A stretch of 2,726 bases of DNA, filler included, from Callorhinchus milii (Eukaryota): NCBI RefSeq assembly GCF_018977255.1. It is 4 parts of 4 records of this genome, joined end to end, with 100 filler letters (N's around TTAATTAATTAA, not from the genome) between each part and the next. Parts side by side here need not be neighbours in the genome. Positions count along the whole stretch, not along the records: positions 1 to 908 come from NW_024705176.1; positions 1,009 to 1,599 come from NW_024705183.1; positions 1,700 to 2,033 come from NW_024705185.1; positions 2,134 to 2,726 come from NW_024705503.1. One strand, written 5' to 3'. The notes under the pieces are model-generated. The model worked only from the letters and a program-made list of their open reading frames with translations. It was not told the origin of the DNA and made no database searches. This document shows, in pieces, positions 1-2,726 of this stretch (position 1 is its first letter; each line of letters begins with the position of its first letter). The position numbers were made by a program, and so were the translations under genes.

Positions 1-908
1 AACGTCGAGTGAAACGCAACATCGCAAAAGAACTTAGCGGACGAGATCCGTGAAAAAGCTCCTACCGCGCATCTCTTCCAGCGACAGGAATGCATAGGTC
101 TGTCTTAAGAACTTTGCGTAGCATGATCTGGTATTCTCAGGCAAAGTGTGGATACTCAACCCAAAACGCTGGGAAAAGAACCCCAAGCATTACGCGCAAA
201 TCAGGCTAAGCGAAGATTGGGAATCGCTGAGGGGGGTATCTCTCTAAGCGTTGCACTGAGCTGACCTCTCCATATCCATGGACTGTACCTTATAGCCCGG
301 AATATTTGCCACCCGGCTCGTTGTCTGGTAAATACCCTACGATCAGTGACCGCTTCACGTGGTGAGATCATGCCGTCCCTAGCTTTGTGCAAATCATTCA
401 TACGGATGGCGTTTCTCAGTCACGAGAACCTCTGTCATTTCACAGGACTGATCCATAACTAAGTTGTAGCTCAACACTGTTAACGGTCGATGACATAACA
501 GTTCGGTCCCTTACTCCAATCCGATCAAAATCCCTGCTAGCACTATATTAACCCTAACTACCTATCGGGATAATGATTGCTAAGTAACCCAAAATTCTGT
601 TGGATCATCAGCTCAAGCTTAAAAGGACCGTAAAAAGGAGCCGAGTGAATATCGCTGAAACCATTAGAGTGAGGCATGATATGCTCGTCGCGGAGGGAAC
701 ATACCGGCCACACACAGGGGAGAAGCTGAAGTCTGTTTTATTGCCACCCGGAGGATAGGGTGTAACTCCATCTCAAACCCTTTACAGTGCCACGCGCAAA
801 TCCCAGGACGCGCAAAACCCAATTCCCAGGCCTGTGATTGCCAAAAACAGCACGCTCTTCGACAGCGACTTGAGGCAGTAAACCCCGGAATGACCCTTTA
901 AGGAAGCG

Positions 909-1008
909 NNNNNNNNNNNNNNNNNNNNNNNNNNNNNNNNNNNNNNNNNNNNTTAATTAATTAANNNNNNNNNNNNNNNNNNNNNNNNNNNNNNNNNNNN
1001 NNNNNNNN
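909..1008. other. Artificial contig-joining spacer (N44 + TTAATTAATTAA + N44)
   Basis: N at 909-952, TTAATTAATTAA at 953-964, N at 965-1008; exactly 100 nt. The palindromic 12-mer puts TAA in all six frames. Identical to the other two spacers. Confidence 0.98.
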
Positions 1009-1224
1009 TTTTTTAAAATAACTTCATGATTTTAATGATGATGTTTCATGGCAATATTTTCGGGTCATAATATATCTACAGTCCTGATATTTTGTACCTG
1101 CGTAAAATTCACACTTTCTTTTATGGACCGTATATCCGTCAGTTCAATGTTTATAGTTTGTGAAACGTTTGTAAGTATTGTGTGTGCATCAAATATGTAT
1201 ATAAATGCCATATAACAGTGTAAT

Positions 1225-1244
1225 ATAATAATAATAATAATAAT
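1225..1244. repeat. (ATA)n/(TTA)n trinucleotide microsatellite, about 6.7 units; tail of the retroposon
   Basis: ATAATAATAATAATAATAAT read directly; it lies just 3' of the stem-loop on the minus strand. Confidence 0.95.
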
Positions 1245-1347
1245 CCTCACATTCGACATAACGCCTTATCACGTCGTCAAGACGTCTCAAGGCGCTTCAC
1301 GGGACGCGCTGGGAAGTGTAGTGACTGTGTGTTTTGCGGGGCGAAAT
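1225..1347 (-). mobile_element. 5'-truncated non-LTR retroposon 3' end (DeuSINE-like SINE or CR1/L2-group LINE tail) with terminal stem-loop and (TTA)n tail
   Basis: Minus strand reads TTTCGCCCCGCAAAACACACAGTCACTACACTTCCCAGCGCGTCCCGTGAAGCGCCTTGAGACGTCTTGACGACGTGATAAGGCGTTATGTCGAATGTGAGG then ATT repeats. This is collinear with my recollection of the AmnSINE1/SacSINE1-type 3' end (ACAGTGACTACACTTC...TGTAAAGCGCTTTGGGACGTCCTGAGGTCGTGAAAGGCGCTATATAAATG). Hairpin at 1260-1296 and simple-repeat tail at 1225-1244. Family match is from memory, not a search; the boundary near 1347 is approximate. Confidence 0.8.
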
Positions 1348-1446
1348 CTATAAATTAGACTCATTTATTATCCTGAATATATACACACGGCCCAAACCTC
1401 TTTTAATTGAAGTTTTAAATGGCTCTGAAAAGAGCCGTTGCATTTT

Positions 1447-1480
1447 GGGGGTGTGGGGGGGTGTGGGGGGGGTGGGGGGG
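1447..1480 (+). repeat. G-rich low-complexity tract, potential G-quadruplex
   Basis: G5-TGT-G7-TGT-G8-T-G7: four G-runs of 5 or more with 1-3 nt loops, satisfying the canonical G3+N1-7 pattern. Confidence 0.85.
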
Positions 1481-1599
1481 AAAGGAAGCAAATATTTTTT
1501 TCCAATCACTTCTCTTCCTTCAAAACCTCGACAGTCGACATTTTATTTTCGTGTAAAATCTGTGGTGGAAAGTATTAAATGTTTTGATTTTTCTTTGGG

Positions 1600-1699
1600 N
1601 NNNNNNNNNNNNNNNNNNNNNNNNNNNNNNNNNNNNNNNNNNNTTAATTAATTAANNNNNNNNNNNNNNNNNNNNNNNNNNNNNNNNNNNNNNNNNNNN
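1600..1699. other. Artificial contig-joining spacer (N44 + TTAATTAATTAA + N44)
   Basis: N at 1600-1643, TTAATTAATTAA at 1644-1655, N at 1656-1699. Confidence 0.98.
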
Positions 1700-1950
1700 T
1701 TGTTATTGCAGATTATGCGGCGGCGTCCATTACAAAGGTGCGCCGTGGGAATTTGTGCACGGCTGCCCGCGTGACCCCGCTCTCCAGGTTATTTATACTA
1801 ATAGCCTTATCCTTTAACTCCCCTAACAATGGTGCCTGCGTGCCCGAGCGTAATTATGCCGTCCCTCCGCTGCCTGTGCGGGGGTGCCTGATTATGCAGT
1901 TCAGATGCGCTGCGTGTTTTCTAATGATGCTCCTCCATCACAATGCTTAT
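1700..1950. promoter_or_regulatory. Candidate metazoan enhancer (SOX / POU-homeodomain / RBPJ / bHLH motif cluster)
   Basis: ATTATGC x3 (1712-1718, 1853-1859, 1891-1897); SOX-like ACAAAGG 1732-1738, AACAATGG 1825-1832, CACAATG 1939-1945; CGTGGGAA 1744-1751; CGCGTG 1768-1773; TAATTA 1851-1856; CAGATG 1902-1907. Motif matches only, with no conservation or functional data. Confidence 0.3.
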
Positions 1951-2033
1951 TCCCTCTGCCTGCCCCGTCGATACTGGCGTGTGTGGGGGGAAATGCGCCT
2001 CAACCGCGGTGGCCGAATGCCCCCGCCGCGACC

Positions 2034-2133
2034 NNNNNNNNNNNNNNNNNNNNNNNNNNNNNNNNNNNNNNNNNNNNTTAATTAATTAANNNNNNNNNNN
2101 NNNNNNNNNNNNNNNNNNNNNNNNNNNNNNNNN
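2034..2133. other. Artificial contig-joining spacer (N44 + TTAATTAATTAA + N44)
   Basis: N at 2034-2077, TTAATTAATTAA at 2078-2089, N at 2090-2133. Confidence 0.98.
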
Positions 2134-2180
<47 letters not shown>

Positions 2181-2396
2181 ATCTATCTATCCATCCATCC
2201 ATCCATCCATCCATCCATCCATCCATCCATCCATCCATCCATCCATCCATCCATTCCATCCATCCATCCATCATTCCATCCATCCATCCATCCATCCATC
2301 CATCCATCCATCCATCCATCCATCCATCCATCCATCCATCCATCCATCCATCAATCCATCCATCCATCCATCCATCCATCCATCATCCATCCATCC

Positions 2397-2483
<87 letters not shown>

Positions 2484-2620
2484 CATCCATCTATCCATCC
2501 ATCCATCTATCCATCCATCCATCTATCCATCCATCTATCCATCCATCCATCTATCCATCTATCTATCCATCCATCTATCCATCCATCTATCCATCCATCT
2601 ATCCATCCATCTATCCATCC

Positions 2621-2707
<87 letters not shown>

Positions 2708-2708
2708 C
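2134..2708. repeat. Compound tetranucleotide microsatellite CCTG / ATCC / ATCT (GGCA / GGAT / GATA on the minus strand)
   Basis: (CCTG)11CCT 2134-2180; short ATCT 2181-2188; imperfect (ATCC)n 2189-2396; (ATCT)21 2397-2480; mixed ATCC/ATCT 2481-2620; (ATCT)21 2621-2704; ATCC 2705-2708; 18 nt of unique flank follows. Confidence 0.99.
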
Positions 2709-2726
2709 CTTTCTCTCAATTAAATC

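Noticed and set aside
201..401. 66-aa minus-strand ORF (MNDLHKARD...)
   Set aside because: Short, no recognisable domain or motif; an ORF of this length is expected by chance at about 50% GC.
361..445. Faint minus-strand resemblance to SSU rRNA central-domain motifs (GTGAAAT...ACTGAGAAAC...AAAGCTAGGG...ATGATC)
   Set aside because: Spacing is too short, and the universal flanking motifs (GTGCCAGCAGCCGCGGTAA, AAACTTAAAGGAATTGACGG) are absent.
549..559. TAACCCTAACT, matching the vertebrate telomerase RNA template / TTAGGG repeat
   Set aside because: Only about 1.7 telomere units. I could not find a U-rich pseudoknot at the expected distance, a CR4/5 P6.1 motif or a convincing H/ACA domain. A cmscan with telomerase RNA models would settle it.
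585..612. CTGATGA hammerhead core on the minus strand followed by a CCAA/TTGG stem
   Set aside because: The required GAAA does not follow the putative stem II, and no stem III or cleavage triplet can be built.
651..743. LTR-like reading on the minus strand: AATAAA, a GT-rich stretch, then TGGTTTCAGCGA as primer-binding site
   Set aside because: Poor match to the tRNA-iMet PBS TGGTATCAGAGC, no CA terminus right before it, and no second LTR or gag/pol remnant.
738..908. Stop-free minus-strand frame from the contig edge (RFLKGSFRGLLPQ...SGWQ*, 56 codons)
   Set aside because: No recognisable homology, and the other two minus frames are similarly open here, so it does not discriminate coding from non-coding.
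1065..1259. 64-aa minus-strand ORF with a poly-Ile run
   Set aside because: The poly-Ile is the translated (ATT)n retroposon tail; the rest is AT-rich flank with no protein features.
1200..1355. TATAAAT at 1200-1206 and 1349-1355 as a target-site duplication of the retroposon
   Set aside because: The left copy is about 18 nt from the tail end rather than flush with it, and an AT-only 7-mer is common in this context.
1528..1540. TCGAC-A-GTCGA palindrome with overlapping TCGACA direct repeat
   Set aside because: Only 5-bp arms; compatible with chance and no supporting context.
1334..1651. 105-aa plus-strand ORF
   Set aside because: Starts at TTG, the Gly-rich part is the translated G-tract, and it runs through Ns to a linker stop.
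1738..2085. 115-aa and 65-aa overlapping plus-strand ORFs (1738-2085, 1884-2081)
   Set aside because: GC-rich sequence with few stops, no recognisable protein features, and both are padded by Ns and end at linker stops.
953..2089. TTAATTAATTAA repeated three times, read as a CRISPR-like or regulatory repeat
   Set aside because: Always centred in exactly 44+44 N; a synthetic six-frame stop linker.
2179..2379. 66-aa MDGW-repeat ORF
   Set aside because: Simple translation of the (GGAT)n microsatellite; a typical spurious ORF.

Overview
This window is not one locus. It is four unrelated short contigs (1-908, 1009-1599, 1700-2033, 2134-2726) joined by three identical artificial 100-nt spacers (N44-TTAATTAATTAA-N44, stop codons in all six frames). 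I find no credible protein-coding gene: five of the six supplied ORFs are artefacts of the spacers or microsatellites, and the sixth is short and unrecognisable. Contig 2 holds the best-supported biological feature, a 5'-truncated retroposon 3' end on the minus strand (about 1225-1347). It has a stem-loop and a (TTA)n tail, and resembles from memory the DeuSINE (AmnSINE1/SINE3/SacSINE1-like) or CR1/L2-group LINE tail. Contig 2 also has a strong G-quadruplex tract. Contig 3 is GC/CpG-rich non-coding DNA with a cluster of SOX, POU/homeodomain, RBPJ and bHLH-like motifs (enhancer candidate). Contig 4 is a compound CCTG/ATCC/ATCT microsatellite. Contig 1 is unexplained non-coding DNA with an apparent excess of short direct repeats. 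Contigs 2-4 look animal in origin, probably deuterostome or fish-like. I cannot support a new multi-gene system here.
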